A stretch of DNA of 64,000 nucleotides. It comes from Neocallimastix sp. 'constans'. Lineage: Eukaryota. The position numbers and the translations under genes are program-made. Each line of letters begins with the position of its first letter. The first letter of the stretch is position 1. This document shows positions 1 to 14,965 of this stretch, in pieces. The notes under the pieces are model-generated. The model had not been told where the DNA came from. It searched no databases and saw only the letters and a list, made by a program, of their open reading frames with translations. The stretch spans positions 1 through 64,000 of the forward strand of contig JBODTK010000149.1 in assembly GCA_050613775.1 (NCBI GenBank), written 5' to 3'.

Positions 1-2306
1 GTCGTGTTTGTTCAAAATATATTGGTAGTGGTATTAATAAAGATTTAAGTACTCTTTCTCGTGTTTTAAAAAATATGAATCAATGTCTCTTAAAGTATAC
101 CTCTATTCATATTAACGCTGATGACTCCAATTTGAATCAAACCACTTCTCATACAAATGATAAAATTATTAATAGTAATAACAACAATAATAATAGTAAG
201 AGTAGTAAGAATAATAATAATAATAACAATAATGCTAATGCTAATGCTAATGATCATAAATATAGTACCCATGCCTTCCTTTTAGTAAGACTTTCTATTT
301 TAAGTTCATGGGCTGAACTTCATTTAGCTTCCTATAAACATAACTTTTTAATTCCTGTGGTACAACCTAATTTGAAATTATTATTATCCTATTGGATATC
401 ATCACTTTGTGAATTTAGTCGTCTTAAACAGGAATCAGAAATGCATTCACCATCCTCGATGACAAGAGTAAGCGATTCCTTTTCTGCTATTACCTCAATT
501 TACTTAGCTTTTGTTCGTGATATTAATTTACCATTTTATGAACATTCTTGGATTCCATTTATTCAAGCAGTTGCTAGTTTGATCAATTATACAGATAATG
601 AAATTAAGCTTATATTCAGACCAGAATCTGTTTCACCAAAATACCCCCCAAAGTCATTTTATATTCTTTTCGGTCTCTGTATTGGTTTAATTACCAATGA
701 AAAATCCTTCTATTCTAAAAATAATCAAATTATAAATAAGGAACTTTTTAGTGGAGAAAAGAACTATGATAAGAATGAAATTATTATTATTTGTTTGGAT
801 AGTATCTTAAAATTCTTTAATCCAGTATTCGCTGGTACAGAATTCCTATATGATGATATATTCTTTGAAATTCTTGCCATATTTGAAAGACTTTCTCGTC
901 AAAGAAATGTAGATATTCAATATCTTATAGTTGCTATATTAAATCTTATTGCTAAAAATTATCCTTATTTCTATACCAATCTTGATAGTGATGCTAAAGA
1001 ATTAGTTATTGATGAGATAAACTATGGTGTATCCGAAAAGTTTTATGCCGTAGTAAAGCTTTTATTCTACATTGTTTTAGACTATCTAAATGTATTTTTG
1101 GATCCTTCTTTAGCCAATAAAAAGGATGGCTCCATGACATCTTTAAATAATTCTTCTAAAGCCAACACATTTAATGAAGCTAAAATTGATTTAATTTTAT
1201 CCAGTGCTATGGAAACGATTGCCCTTATATTTTCATCCATTCAAGATATGAATGTAAGAATTCAAATGATTCCACTCCAACTCTATATATATAATGTCGT
1301 AAGTCAAATTAGACCCACGGCAATTTCCTCTATTATGATTGGATTTAAATCTCAAATGGATACCCTAAAGATAGATGAACAGAGTGATGAATCTCTTCAA
1401 AAGCTTTACCAATCTATTCAAGCCTTTTCTAAAATCTTTTTAAATAAATTAGAAAATCAAACGTCATCCGAGACCGATCAAAATTCAAATCAAGATCAAA
1501 ATCAAAAATTGAATTATATATTAATTGAAACTTTAATTCTTTCCTCCACAATTATTTCTGATAAGGATAACGAAAGTAATCGTATACAACAAAAATTAGT
1601 AAAGATTATGATTCACTTCTTAGTAGAATCTCTCGATATCAATCAACCTGTATTAAGTGTTCAATTCCTAAAATGTATCTCTTCCTTTGAAAATTTATAT
1701 AATAAAGAAAACGAACCTGCGATGAAAGCGATTGGTCAATCCTGCCTTAAATATTGTGTTCCTCGACTTTCACGCATTTTAAAAGAACTTAATCAAGAGA
1801 AATATATGAGCATGACAAAGGATGAAACCTACAAAACATTTATAGAACAAATTTTCCTTAATCTTATTTCAAATTATTCAATGGTTAAAGAAGATAAAGA
1901 AAAAATAGTTCTTCTTACTATTATTATATGCTCACTTGCTAATTATATTCGTGATTTACAACAATTCGATAGAAAACGTTTAATCAATTTTAAAAATATA
2001 AATGAAGGAAAAATTCATAGTTTTGCTGTTCAAACGATGATTCAATTAGCTACTGCAGTTCCTGTTCATTTTAAGAGTATATTTTCAACCTTACCAGAAA
2101 AGGAAAAAGAAAAAATAGAAGTAGCTTTCCGTGTCAATATGAACGCTAATAATAATAATATTAATAATAGTCATAATGTACGTCATAAATCTAGCTTTGA
2201 TGATGATGGATTTAGTAGTGATTTCTCTGATTTCTCTGATGATGATAATGAAAAAGTTACTAATCAAGAACCTCAATTAAAAATTAACTTTTCTGATTTT
2301 AATTAA
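1..2306 (+). CDS. LAA1: HEAT-repeat protein HEATR5/Laa1 (AP-1 accessory), 3' part; gene begins upstream of the window
   Basis: Frame is open from position 3 (RVCSKYIGSG...). Motifs LRLSILSSWAELHL and WISSLCEFSRL, and the C-terminal QLATAVPVHFK...PQLKINFSDFN, resemble the HEATR5/Laa1 C-terminus. Confidence 0.8.
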   Translation, partial: RVCSKYIGSGINKDLSTLSRVLKNMNQCLLKYTSIHINADDSNLNQTTSHTNDKIINSNNNNNNSKSSKNNNNNNNNANANANDHKYSTHAFLLVRLSILSSWAELHLASYKHNFLIPVVQPNLKLLLSYWISSLCEFSRLKQESEMHSPSSMTRVSDSFSAITSIYLAFVRDINLPFYEHSWIPFIQAVASLINYTDNEIKLIFRPESVSPKYPPKSFYILFGLCIGLITNEKSFYSKNNQIINKELFSGEKNYDKNEIIIICLDSILKFFNPVFAGTEFLYDDIFFEILAIFERLSRQRNVDIQYLIVAILNLIAKNYPYFYTNLDSDAKELVIDEINYGVSEKFYAVVKLLFYIVLDYLNVFLDPSLANKKDGSMTSLNNSSKANTFNEAKIDLILSSAMETIALIFSSIQDMNVRIQMIPLQLYIYNVVSQIRPTAISSIMIGFKSQMDTLKIDEQSDESLQKLYQSIQAFSKIFLNKLENQTSSETDQNSNQDQNQKLNYILIETLILSSTIISDKDNESNRIQQKLVKIMIHFLVESLDINQPVLSVQFLKCISSFENLYNKENEPAMKAIGQSCLKYCVPRLSRILKELNQEKYMSMTKDETYKTFIEQIFLNLISNYSMVKEDKEKIVLLTIIICSLANYIRDLQQFDRKRLINFKNINEGKIHSFAVQTMIQLATAVPVHFKSIFSTLPEKEKEKIEVAFRVNMNANNNNINNSHNVRHKSSFDDDGFSSDFSDFSDDDNEKVTNQEPQLKINFSDFN

Positions 2307-2548
2307 AGAGATTGAAGTAAATAAAATTTTAATACAAATAGAAAAGAAAAAAAAAATTAAAATGAAATAAAATAAAAAAAAAAAAAAAATAATAAAAATA
2401 ATAAAAATAATAATAAAATATAATATAAAAATAATATAAAAAAGTACTATAAAAAAAATTTTTTTTTTTAATTTATAAAAAATAAAAATACATTTATGTT
2501 TATTTATCATATTCTATCCATTAAATTATCATAAAAATAAATAAATAA

Positions 2549-2596
<48 letters not shown>

Positions 2597-2630
2597 ATTC
2601 TTATTTAAATATTATTATTATTAAAAGAAA

Positions 2631-2661
<31 letters not shown>

Positions 2662-2931
2662 GTAATAATAAATAAATAAATAAATAAATTATAAATAAAT
2701 AAAAATAATAAAATTATATTATTTAGTATTATTGTTCATTTTTTTATTGTTAAAATTTTTTTATATATCATTTCATCTGATATTTTATTCTTAGAAAAGG
2801 AAATAAAAATGTATTTTAAACTTCAAAATTTTAAATAAAAATAATATACAATACAATTAGTTCATTGATTTTAAATTAAATTTTATAAAACAGGTATTTT
2901 CATTTATGAAAAATATGAAAAAAAAAAAAAA

Positions 2932-2964
<33 letters not shown>

Positions 2965-3931
2965 AATTTATGATAATAATAATAATATAATTAAATACGT
3001 TTTTTAGATATTATAAGTAAAATCAAAGTTATAAATTATCTTAACAAAAAGTATAAAAATCAGAAAATTAAATTTATAAAAATACTAACATTATAGAAAA
3101 AAAAAATTAAATACCTTATGAAATTCTATAAAATTACGTTTTATTTTACTATTGATAACTTTTAATGAATGGATGTACTTTAGTATTTTTTAATGAACAG
3201 CCGATAATATTTATTATATTAGTATATTTTAATATTTTTATAATTATTTATATTTTAAAATAATTTAAATAAAAAAAGAAATAGAAATAAAATAAATTAA
3301 GCAAATAGAACAATTATTAAAAATAATTATTATTATTATCATTCTATTTTATATCTAGATATAATAATAAAATTTTACTTTTTTTTTTTTTATATTTTTG
3401 GTAATCTAATCATTAATATAATTTGTATGTATTATTTATTTATATGTATTTATATATCATATTAATAATTTATAATTTAGAAGTATGGTTTATTATTTAT
3501 TATAAATTAAAGTTTTTTCAATATATAAAATAGTAAGTAAAAATTAATTTATAAAAAATTAAATTAATAAAATTTGTGATTATTGAATAGAATATTATTT
3601 ACATACACATATTTAAATATAAATAAATGAACTTATAAAAAATGTTGAAAAGAAGATTTTAAATGAAATTAATTTTATATTGATAGTTGAAATTTTAAAA
3701 AAATAAACAAACAAACAAACAAATAAATTTAAAAAAAAAAAAAAATAATAATAATAATTAAAAAAAAAATAAAAATAAAAATAAAAATATCAAATTATAA
3801 TAGTTATTTTTATAAGAAAATAATAATAATTATAACATTAAAAAAAATAGAAATTTCTTTTTTATATATACATAATCTTTATATATATATATTTTGTTTT
3901 TTATTTTATTTTATTTTATTTTTTTTTTACA

Positions 3932-5527
3932 ATGCAATTATTAGGTATTGTTTTAGTATGTTATTCTAGTCGAGGACATCAATATGTTTTTGGATATCCA
4001 ACAAATCCATCATACATAACTAAAAAAAACCCTCCATCACCGAAAGTAAATCAAATTAATTTAATTAATTCAATTAATTATTCTGATAATAGTTTTCAGG
4101 CTCAATCTGATTCATTGACAAGTACTTATTCAGAACATTACGGATCTCAACAACATAATTATTCACAGTCATTTCAACATTATCATACTGGAAGTTATAA
4201 AAGGAATAGTGACATAAATATGAAAACAAAGCCTAGTAAAGAAAAAATGAGAAATTCTTATAAAACAGATAATAATATAATTATGAATAAGAAAGAATTA
4301 AATAGAGAATTAAATTCAAAACCTAATTTAGTTAATAAAATTAAAGAATCAACCCTTAATTCTAGTAAAGGTTTCTCATTTAATACAAATAATAACAATA
4401 GTAATAGTAAGCTTAATTATTCAAATGAAATAAATAATATTCATCGAAATGGCAATTTTATGCATAATAATAAAATAAATGGAACAAATTTAAAAAAAAA
4501 TAATAGTAGTCATTCTTCACATACTCCAATAATAAATGAAAATAGAAGTAATAATAATCATCATAATCAACAAGGAAGGTTTTTAGGATATGATACACAA
4601 TTTCTTGCTGATATACTATCACCAAAATCAGCATTATGCGATCAGAAATTTCAACTTACTATTAATAATTTAACTTTTGTTGGTCATCCAACACTTATCA
4701 ATTCAGATATAATTTCAAGCAGAAGTAGTATGCTTAGTCGTTACTTAAAAAAGAAAATAAATAAAAGTAATTTAAATAATAATTCAAATAATAATATAAA
4801 TCAATTTAACACCAGTTCAAAATCAGAGAAAATAAATTCTTTAAATCAAAATAATAGATATGCTCATATAAGTGAGTTTCTAATCTTTAATCATATATAT
4901 ATATTATAAATTTTTGATAAATCTATATATGTATCTGTATATGTATTATATGTATATATACATATTTTTATATTTTAATCTCTCTCTCTCTTTTTTTTTT
5001 TTTATTAATATAATACATATATATATATATAAATTGTAATAATTTTAAATTATATATTTATATTGTTTATTAAAAAATACTATTTTTACTATTTATTTTT
5101 TTTTTTTTTTTTTAAAAAAAATTTTATTTATTAAATTATAGTGCCTTCATCACCAACAAATTCACATTATAATTCAATCGATAATTCTGAGGGTATTTGT
5201 TCAGATGATGAAACTGAAAGTGTAAATTACACAAAAAATGATGCCTCAAATTTAACGATGTTTCATGTAGTATTTATAATAAAACCATCGGATGATAAAT
5301 CATTTGATAATGAAATTGAAAAATTATATAAAAACGTAATTTTAAAATTAAGTCATGGTTTACAGCATGAACAAAGGTATCGATCATATGTTATGCAACA
5401 AACTGATTTAATTCTCAGCATAAAAGATGAATCTTACGATGGTTTGTTTAAATTTATTATAATAAAAATTTATTTAATGATAGCAAAAAAAAAAAAAAAA
5501 ATGAAATTCTTTATTATTATTAAAATG

Positions 5528-5558
<31 letters not shown>

Positions 5559-7469
5559 AAAAAAAATTTGTTAATAAATATTACAACAAAATAATAAAAT
5601 AATAATAATAATAATAATAAATAAAATAATATATACATATATATTTATATTTATAAATTAGAAACCAGGCATTAATTAATTAATTAATTAATTATACTTT
5701 GAAACCTTTTTTCTTAATTTTATGTTTTATGTTTTATTTTTATTATTATTAGATTCTAATCAATTAATGGAGAGTATTCTATATCAAAGTTCACTTGCTC
5801 GTGATCTTGCAACTATATATGATGCTCTAACAAATAATAAAATAGCACATATTATAATTAACAATTCTGTAGATTTATCATTACAAATACCACCGTCATT
5901 ACCATCACCAGATGATAATGGTGAAATTATACTGACCGATGAACAAATGCTTAATAATGATGATTCATTTCCAACCTTAAGACCTTATCATGCACTATTA
6001 CTTCTTGAAGATCCAGAGGAAATATTAAAATCTTTTCCAAGGGATCCTTCACCAACACTTGTTGAATTAATTCAAGTTGTTACACCAATGCAATGGTAAA
6101 TAAATTAAATTAAGATTAATTATATAATTATAATAATAGCATATAAATTCTATTTTTTTTTTTAAAAAAAAAAACAAAGTTTATTATAAAATTATTATAT
6201 AAAATATTACTATTACTACTATTACTTCTTCTACTACTACTACTACTACTAATAATCTATCTATCTATCTATATCATCTATTATATTCATAGTTTTGAAG
6301 AATTACAAAGCATTTTGGATTGCTCTCTATCTCATATTTATAAATTAGCTGCCCATTTAGTTTATTGGAGAAAAGCAAAAATTATTAATGTAATTAGTAT
6401 TAGGAATGTTTATGTTATATCACCAAATGCTGATTTAAATAAGTATGTAATATAGAAAAATAATAAATAAATAAATAAATAAATAAATAAACAATTAGAT
6501 ATTTTAATATTTTTATTTATAAATATATTAATATATATATTTTTAATTTATTTATTTTAATTAAATAAATAATAACTAAATATATATTCATATATATATA
6601 TATTTTTTTAATTTACTTTGAAATTCTTTTAGGTTGCAGGAATTATGTCAAGATTTCGAAAATCATTTCCCTGGAACTGATTTATTATCTATTTTTTCAG
6701 AGTTATCAATTCCAAGACCATTTTCTTCGATAATTCCATCAAAAGATCAACGTACTTTATATCTAGAAATAATAACATATCTATTACGTCATGATTTAGT
6801 AACTCAACTTCATATGTATATTTATTTGTGTATTTCCCAAGATATTAAAAAAAGAACTGTATATTCTCAATCATTATCAGAAAATGATGAATTTTCTTCA
6901 AGTGATAATAGTAGTATAATACCGAATCCATCAGAAACATCTGATATAGAAAATGAATGGATTAAAATGTTAGCTGCTACTCAATCTCCAGCAGAATCAG
7001 CATTATTCTTAAGGTAATTCGATTATATTTAGATGATTTACAATATATTTATATTAATATTTATTTAATATTGTTTTCAACAACAACATTAATAATAATA
7101 ATAATAATTATAATAATAATAATTATAATAATAATAATAATAATAATTATAATAATAATAATTATAATAATAATAATAATAATAATTATAATAATAATAA
7201 TAATTATAATAATAATAATAATTATAATAATAATAATAATTATAATAATAATAATAATAATAATAATTATAATAATAATAATAATTATAATAATAATAAT
7301 AATAATAATAATTAATCTATATAAATATTACATATATAGACTAGTACCCTACTTCACTGGAAAATATCATGTAGAAGAAATTATTTTTAGAGAAAATCTT
7401 ACAAGAAAAGATTTAAAAACAATATTAAGCAAATTTAGAAATGAACTAATTACTATACTACATCAATAA
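3932..7469 (+). CDS. NPR3: Nitrogen permease regulator 3 (NPRL3, GATOR1/SEACIT subunit), 6 exons
   Basis: In-frame GT-AG exons: 3932-4871, 5142-5441, 5753-6095, 6293-6442, 6633-7013, 7340-7469. Motifs LVCYSSRGHQYVFGYP, LADILSPKSALCDQKFQLTINNLTFVGHP, LRPYHALLLL, LAAHLVYWRKAKII and PYFTGKYHVEEI. Confidence 0.93.
7089..7312. repeat. (AAT)n microsatellite with periodic ATT interruptions in NPR3 intron 5
   Basis: Seen directly; it explains the spurious poly-Ile ORF at 7071. Confidence 0.95.
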
Positions 7470-7716
7470 TTAAATACCATCATATCAATTTACATAATTA
7501 TTGAAAATATACTTATAGCATTTATCTTAAGTTATTAAATATTTATAAAAAAAATAATAAAAAAAAAATATATTAAATTATTAATTAAATAACTATTTTG
7601 TGTTTTTATTACTACTTAATATTAAATAGTAATATAATAAAATAATAAAGAAAATAAAAAAATAAAAAAAAAATTAAAAATAAAAATAATATAATAAAAC
7701 AAATAAAAAATTATTA

Positions 7717-8100
<384 letters not shown>

Positions 8101-8807
8101 CAATAATCAATAATAATGAAAATAAATTAAAATTTATCAAAATATATAAAACATTATTTATGATAAATATCATGTGATTTATACTTAGTTTATGATTGGT
8201 CAGAAATAAGAGTTGCAATAATATAAAAGGAGGCTGACTTTTTCTTTTTTTTTGATAAAAATTTAAACTTTAATGAAAAATATTTTTTTATTTTGTAAAA
8301 ATTGTTTATTTGGTTATATACTTATATAAATAATTTTTAATAAATAATTAAATTATTTAATTAATAATTTTATTTATTTAATTATAAATTAATAAAGGGT
8401 TTTGATAAATAAAAAAGTAATATTTTTAAATATTGATTTTAAAATTTTATTTATTTTATTTTGTATTATTAAAAATAATTGATATTAATATTCTTTGTTT
8501 TTAAAAAGTAAATTTAAAATAATACTTTTGAAGAAATATATATAATAACATAATTGTAAATTTAAAATAATTTATTATTATGAGTTTAATTAATGTAATT
8601 TGAAATATTAAATGGAAAATACTTCAATTAGAAAATTTATATATAAAAATAATAATATTAACTAGTATTTTAGTTGTAATATAAATATTATTATTTAAAA
8701 TAAATATACAAAAAAAATATTTAATATGTATATATTTTTTATTTTTTATTTTCATAATAAAACTATTGATATGTTTAATATATAAAATATAAAATAATAA
8801 ATTATAT

Positions 8808-8841
<34 letters not shown>

Positions 8842-9300
8842 CTTTTTATATTATTAATTTTTATGCCAGATTTTTATATGCTTTATAATTAATATCAAAT
8901 TCAATAATTACAATATAATTAAAATGTCATAATACTTTATACTATATGATTTAATAAAAATGTCAATATTTAACAATAAAGAAAAAAGAATAAAAATTCA
9001 AATGTTAAATTATGAAATATTACATAAATTTATATAATTTAATATAAGAAATAAAGATAGAAATATAAAAACAATGAAACAATGTTTATAAAAAAAAATT
9101 ATATTATTGATATCCAAAATATATAGTATATATTATACAATATAAGGGCAATAATTAAAATTTAAAAAAAAAAAGAAAAAAGAATAAAAAAGTATTATTC
9201 ACAAAAATTAAGCATTATTACTAATTTATTAATTTATGTATATATTTATATGTATATATAATATTAAATTATTCTTTTAAAATAATAAGTAAAAAGAAAA

Positions 9301-10796
9301 ATGTCCAACACTATAGTGGTAATTATTTGTTATTGAATAATATATTATATATTATATTTATAATTAAAAATTTAAAGAAAGAAGAAGAAGAAGAAGTTTT
9401 TTTTCAATAAATAGTTATTGAAAATTAAATTTTTTAAATGGTATTATTAAATATTAGACCACTGTTTATAAATGGATTATCGAAAATGTCGTAGAAAATG
9501 TTAAAAAAGATTTCTCAAGTATGGGAGTTGAAGAAAGTATATTGCAGGAGTTTCAAAGAGTAAGATTTAAAATAATGTATACTATATAATATATATTCAA
9601 TCAAATTTTAAAATTTGTTAAATAAAATTTAAATATATATATATGCACACTACTTGCCAAAAAAAAAAAAAAAAAAAAAAAAAAGAATTGGGAACTTAAA
9701 GTTATAAATTCTAAAGTTGCAAATTTTCAAAAATTTTTATCCAATGAAGATTATTATACGCAACCACAAACAAGTACTTACGATCAATATAATCAAGCAC
9801 CTGCTGCCCCAGATTTAATAAACCAAAACAACTTTCCATTTTCAGTAAATAAATTAACTTAAAGTTTTTCATATTTATTGTAAAATAAAATAATAATGAA
9901 AAAAAAATATATATATTTTATATTAATTATTATTATTATTAATTATTGTTAAATCAACATTAATATATAAAGCAATTTACTGAATCTTATTCAGTACCAC
10001 CAAATTATAATGTTCAGACTAAAATTGAACCTATGAATAACCAAGTAATTTTTTTTCCTAAACTATATAATTTTTTTTATTAGTATTAAAGTTTTTTATT
10101 AATTATTTAAATTTAATAGATAAATTCACAATCGTCAAATATACCTCAAACTGATGGCGCCAATGATGAATTGACAACAGATGAAATTGATAAAATAATT
10201 GAAAAGAAAATATTAGAAAATAATAAAGAAAAAGAAAAAGGAAAAGGTATATCACAAGTTGATGGGGAAGATGAAGATGATGAAGATGATCTTAATGTAA
10301 CTGTTATTTTATTTTAAATATTTTAATGATATATAAAATCAGTGTTTATTTAAAAATATTATAATCAATGTAAGATTAATTTATTATTAAAAATTTTTTA
10401 TTATTTATAAAAGTATGATGATGATAATAATATCAATTCAGATTTAGATGACGATGATGATGATAATGATGATGAAGAAAATGAAACAGAACATTTAATA
10501 TTATGTCAGTATGAAAAAGTAAGTAACAGAATTCAATAAAAAAAACATTTTTTTTTTTTTTTTTTAAAAAAAATTAAGTAATAAGTTTCAATATTTTTTT
10601 TTTTTTTTTTTTTTTTTCAAAATATAGAAATAAAAATAAAAAAAAAATTTAAATAAATACTAATAATAACAATAACAATAATAACTAGGTTACAAGAATT
10701 AAGAATAAATGGAAGTGTTCACTAAAGGATGGTATTATTAATGTAAATGGAAAAGATTACCTATTCCAAAAAGCTACTGGTGATTTTGAATGGTAG
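9301..10796 (+). CDS. TOA1: Transcription factor IIA large (alpha/beta) subunit, 7 exons
   Basis: Exons 9301-9318, 9458-9559, 9686-9844, 9973-10044, 10120-10296, 10414-10518, 10689-10796. N-terminus VYKWIIENVVENVKKDF...GVEESILQEFQRNWELK; acidic linker; C-terminus LILCQYEKVTRIKNKWKCSLKDGIINVNGKDYLFQKATGDFEW*. Confidence 0.95.
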
Positions 10797-10969
10797 TCAT
10801 TTATATTATTGAAGAAAAAATAAAAAAATAAAAAAAAAAAAAAAAAAAGAAAGATTATTCATTATTTATAGACTTTTTTAAAATGATATATATTATCATA
10901 TAATAATAATAATATGATTATTATTATTATTATTTTTATTATATTTTATTATATATATTTTTTTTAAAT

Positions 10970-11019
<50 letters not shown>

Positions 11020-11413
11020 ATTTATTTTTAATTTATATATAAAAAACACATAAAATAATATATGAAAAATACATAAAATGCTAATAAAAAATAAAACATA
11101 TATATATATATATATAAATAAGAAATAAGCATATAAATAAATAATTTTTTTTTTTTTGTAATATATTAATAAATAATTAAAATAAATGAATTTATTTTAA
11201 AATACTATATATATAAATATATATAACCATTTTTTTTTTTATTTTTTTTCTTTAATGATAATATTTTTTATTATTATTATTATTATTATTATTTTAATTT
11301 TATTTTATTTTTTATTTTATTTTTTTTTTTTTTATTTATTTATTTTTTTTTTAATTTTATTTTTTTTGATTCTATTTTATTTTTATTTTCATTTTTATTT
11401 TTATTTTTATTTA

Positions 11414-11555
11414 TTACGAAAAGATTCGAATTAACGATCGTTTAAAGCATTCTGTTTGTATATCAAAACTTTGATCCTCCTATATAAATAAATAAATATA
11501 TATATATATAATTAATGTTTTATGTTATGTTTTATGTTTTAAAAAATTAATATTT

Positions 11556-11601
<46 letters not shown>

Positions 11602-12116
11602 CGTGTTATAGAATAATAAAAGTTAAAAAAAAAAAAAAAATTTTTTTTTATAATTATTTTATTTTTATTTTTATTTATAGTTAAAAAAAAAATTACCTTA
11701 TAGAAAAATTCATCCGGGTTTTCGACTAGATAAGACCATGCGATTTGCCATTTTTCTAAAATATCTAATACCCCTGCTAGTGAAGATTGTTCATAACCTT
11801 TACTCGTCGTGGAGGAATTTACCGTAGTTGATACTACGGATAAGTTGAATGAATTAGAAGGAATCCCTTCCAAACCATAAATTACTTGTTGTTTTTTAGA
11901 TATTTCACTTAGACTCGAAAGATTTTCTACTGGTAACACTCTTGCTAGTGATGCTGCCGTCATAGGATCGATGATACAATCGGATAAAATTCTTTGGGCT
12001 ACCTTAATAATCATTTGAAGTAATTTATATCTTCCTGGAGATAACTTTAATAATAATCGTATTGTTTCCACATCTAATTTTACTTGTTCACTCATTTGTA
12101 AATTAGAATATCCATC

Positions 12117-12150
<34 letters not shown>

Positions 12151-14345
12151 TTAGTTAATATATATATAATAAAAATAAAAATAAAAATAAAAATAAAAAT
12201 AAAAATAAAAATAAAAATAAAAATAAAAAAAAATTATAAAAACAAGTATATATATATATATATATATATTATTGTTTTATGAAAATATTTATATAATTTG
12301 TTAAATATTTATAAAATATTATATTATATTTTTTGATACAAAAATAAATTATCAATATATATATATATATATATATTTAAAATAATATATAGTATATTTA
12401 TAAAAAAAATTAATAATAATTACTATTATTATCATTATTTGGGTCAGTAATTTTTTCAATGATATTCATTATAGCTAATTGGATTGAATATGGAATTAAA
12501 CCACCCGGTATTTCTTTCATTAATGATTTAATATGACTTGCCACTACAATACAATCCACATAGAATGGTATATTAGTTTTATTATCTTTAGATCGACGTT
12601 CTTGATATATTTTATATTGATTTTCTTTATATTTTATGAATCCTTCACTATCAATATTTTTAAGTTCTTGAACTCTTGGAGATATTCTAAACCATCTACT
12701 AGATCTTGTATATTCTTTTTTTTTTTTTTTTTTTTTTTTTACCAAAAAAAAAAAAAAAAAAAAAACATTATATATATAGTATAATTATACATAAATATAA
12801 ATATATATATATATATTTTAATTATATATAAATATAAATATATATATATTTTAATTATACATATATATATATATATTTTTTTTTTTTTTTAAAGATATAT
12901 AATTAATAGATATAAATAATATATATAAATATGTATATATATTAATTAAAGATAATTACCACATTCAGGAATGTCAGAACTACATAAATATTCCGTTGAA
13001 AGTTGGACTTCATTTATTATTTCATCTGGTATAGGTTTTGAAAAATTTTCAATACAATTTCTGAATGATAAAAACATTTCTGAAGGTAAAATGGCAGATA
13101 CCGGTCTTTTTTTTTTTTTTGTTTTGTTTTTGTTTTTGTTTGTTTGTTTGTTTTTTATTATATTGATATAATAAATTTATTATTTAATTTAAAATTATAT
13201 AATAATTATTATATAATTTAATATAAATTATATATATATATATATATATACACAATTTTTATATTTATTAATAAATTAGAAAAAAAAGAGTTAATAATTA
13301 ATATATATATATATTGATATATAATATATATTAATTCTTAAAAACATCAATATAATTAAATATATATATATATATAATTTTGTATTTTTAATCTTTTTAT
13401 TTCTATTTTTTTATTTTTATTTTTTATTTTTTATTTTTTATTTTTTATTTTTTATTTTTTACTTACTTTGAAAATATATATTCAAACTGTAATGCTAGTA
13501 ACATTGGTAATCCATCTTCTGTTTTCATAATTGATAATGAAACATCAGAATCGGCAGTCATACTATTTTTTATGCTATCATTATCACTGTAAAAATCCTT
13601 ATGATATAGATTATCATCATTTATAGTCCTCGATGAATTATCTAAATGGTATTGACCTTGAGATAAATTTAATGTTTTTGATAGATTATTGGCTAAATTA
13701 TTTATGGATGTTGGAAGAGATTTTAAATTGTTGCTTTCATTATTATAATAATGATTATTACTAGTATTTGTTACAGGTAAAATACCAACAGAATTTGATT
13801 GATAACTTCCTCTTATCGAAGCTAAATTAGAATCAGAATTTAGTTTTTTTTGGGAGGTTAATGTACTCTCACTTATATAAGAGTCACCCAAAATTTCATT
13901 GGAGTCACCGTATGGATTTATATTATTGTTGTTATTAATATCTATACATTTAGTTTTAAATTTATCTTTTAATTCAATTTTATATACAATTCTACATAAT
14001 GTTTCTGCAATTCTATTCCAAACTTTTTCATCTGATTTTGCCTGTTCTAAACTAGAAATAATCCAAAGCCTATCTCTTAATTCTATTAAAACTGATTCAG
14101 GCTTTAATAATTTTTAATTTTTTTTTTTATTTTATTTTTTTTATCATTTACAGTAATATTTTAAGAATTAGTAATTTTATAAATTATTTTGGAATTCGTT
14201 TATTAAAATATTTATAAATATCATAAAATATTAAATTATTTTTATATAATTTATTTATTTATTTATTTATTAATAATATTATTTAGAATTTAATTTTAAA
14301 ATTAATCCTTATTATTATTTATATTATTATTTATATTATTATTTA

Positions 14346-14392
<47 letters not shown>

Positions 14393-14660
14393 GTATTTTT
14401 TTCTTTTTATTTACCAATCTTAATTCAACCAGAAATCCAATTAGTACACATAATCTATGTAGGTACCACCAAGGGGAATCTTGTGATTCTTTATTTAAAA
14501 TAACATTTTGACATTTTTTAATTAATCTTTTAATCCAATGAGTAGGATTATATTGGTCCTATTATGAAATTAAATATTAAAAAAAAAATATAAAAAAATT
14601 TTTAATTAATATATATATATCAATTAATATAGACATTCTTGATTAATATACATATATATA

Positions 14661-14709
<49 letters not shown>

Positions 14710-14871
14710 CTGTTATATTAATAATATTACTTTTTTTGATTCAACATTAGGAATTTGAAGAGTTGCAGGATCTGTTACACCCCAAAAAATTTGTTCTTTC
14801 AGTTCAATTTGTTCTATTATTGATTCATACGAATAAATATCTGCAATGACTCTAAATACAACAAAAGGCGC

Positions 14872-14965
<94 letters not shown>

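Noticed and set aside
5661..5672. Microexon AAACCAG with a GC donor in NPR3 intron 2
   Set aside because: Seven nucleotides would break the frame; the flanking exons already join in phase.
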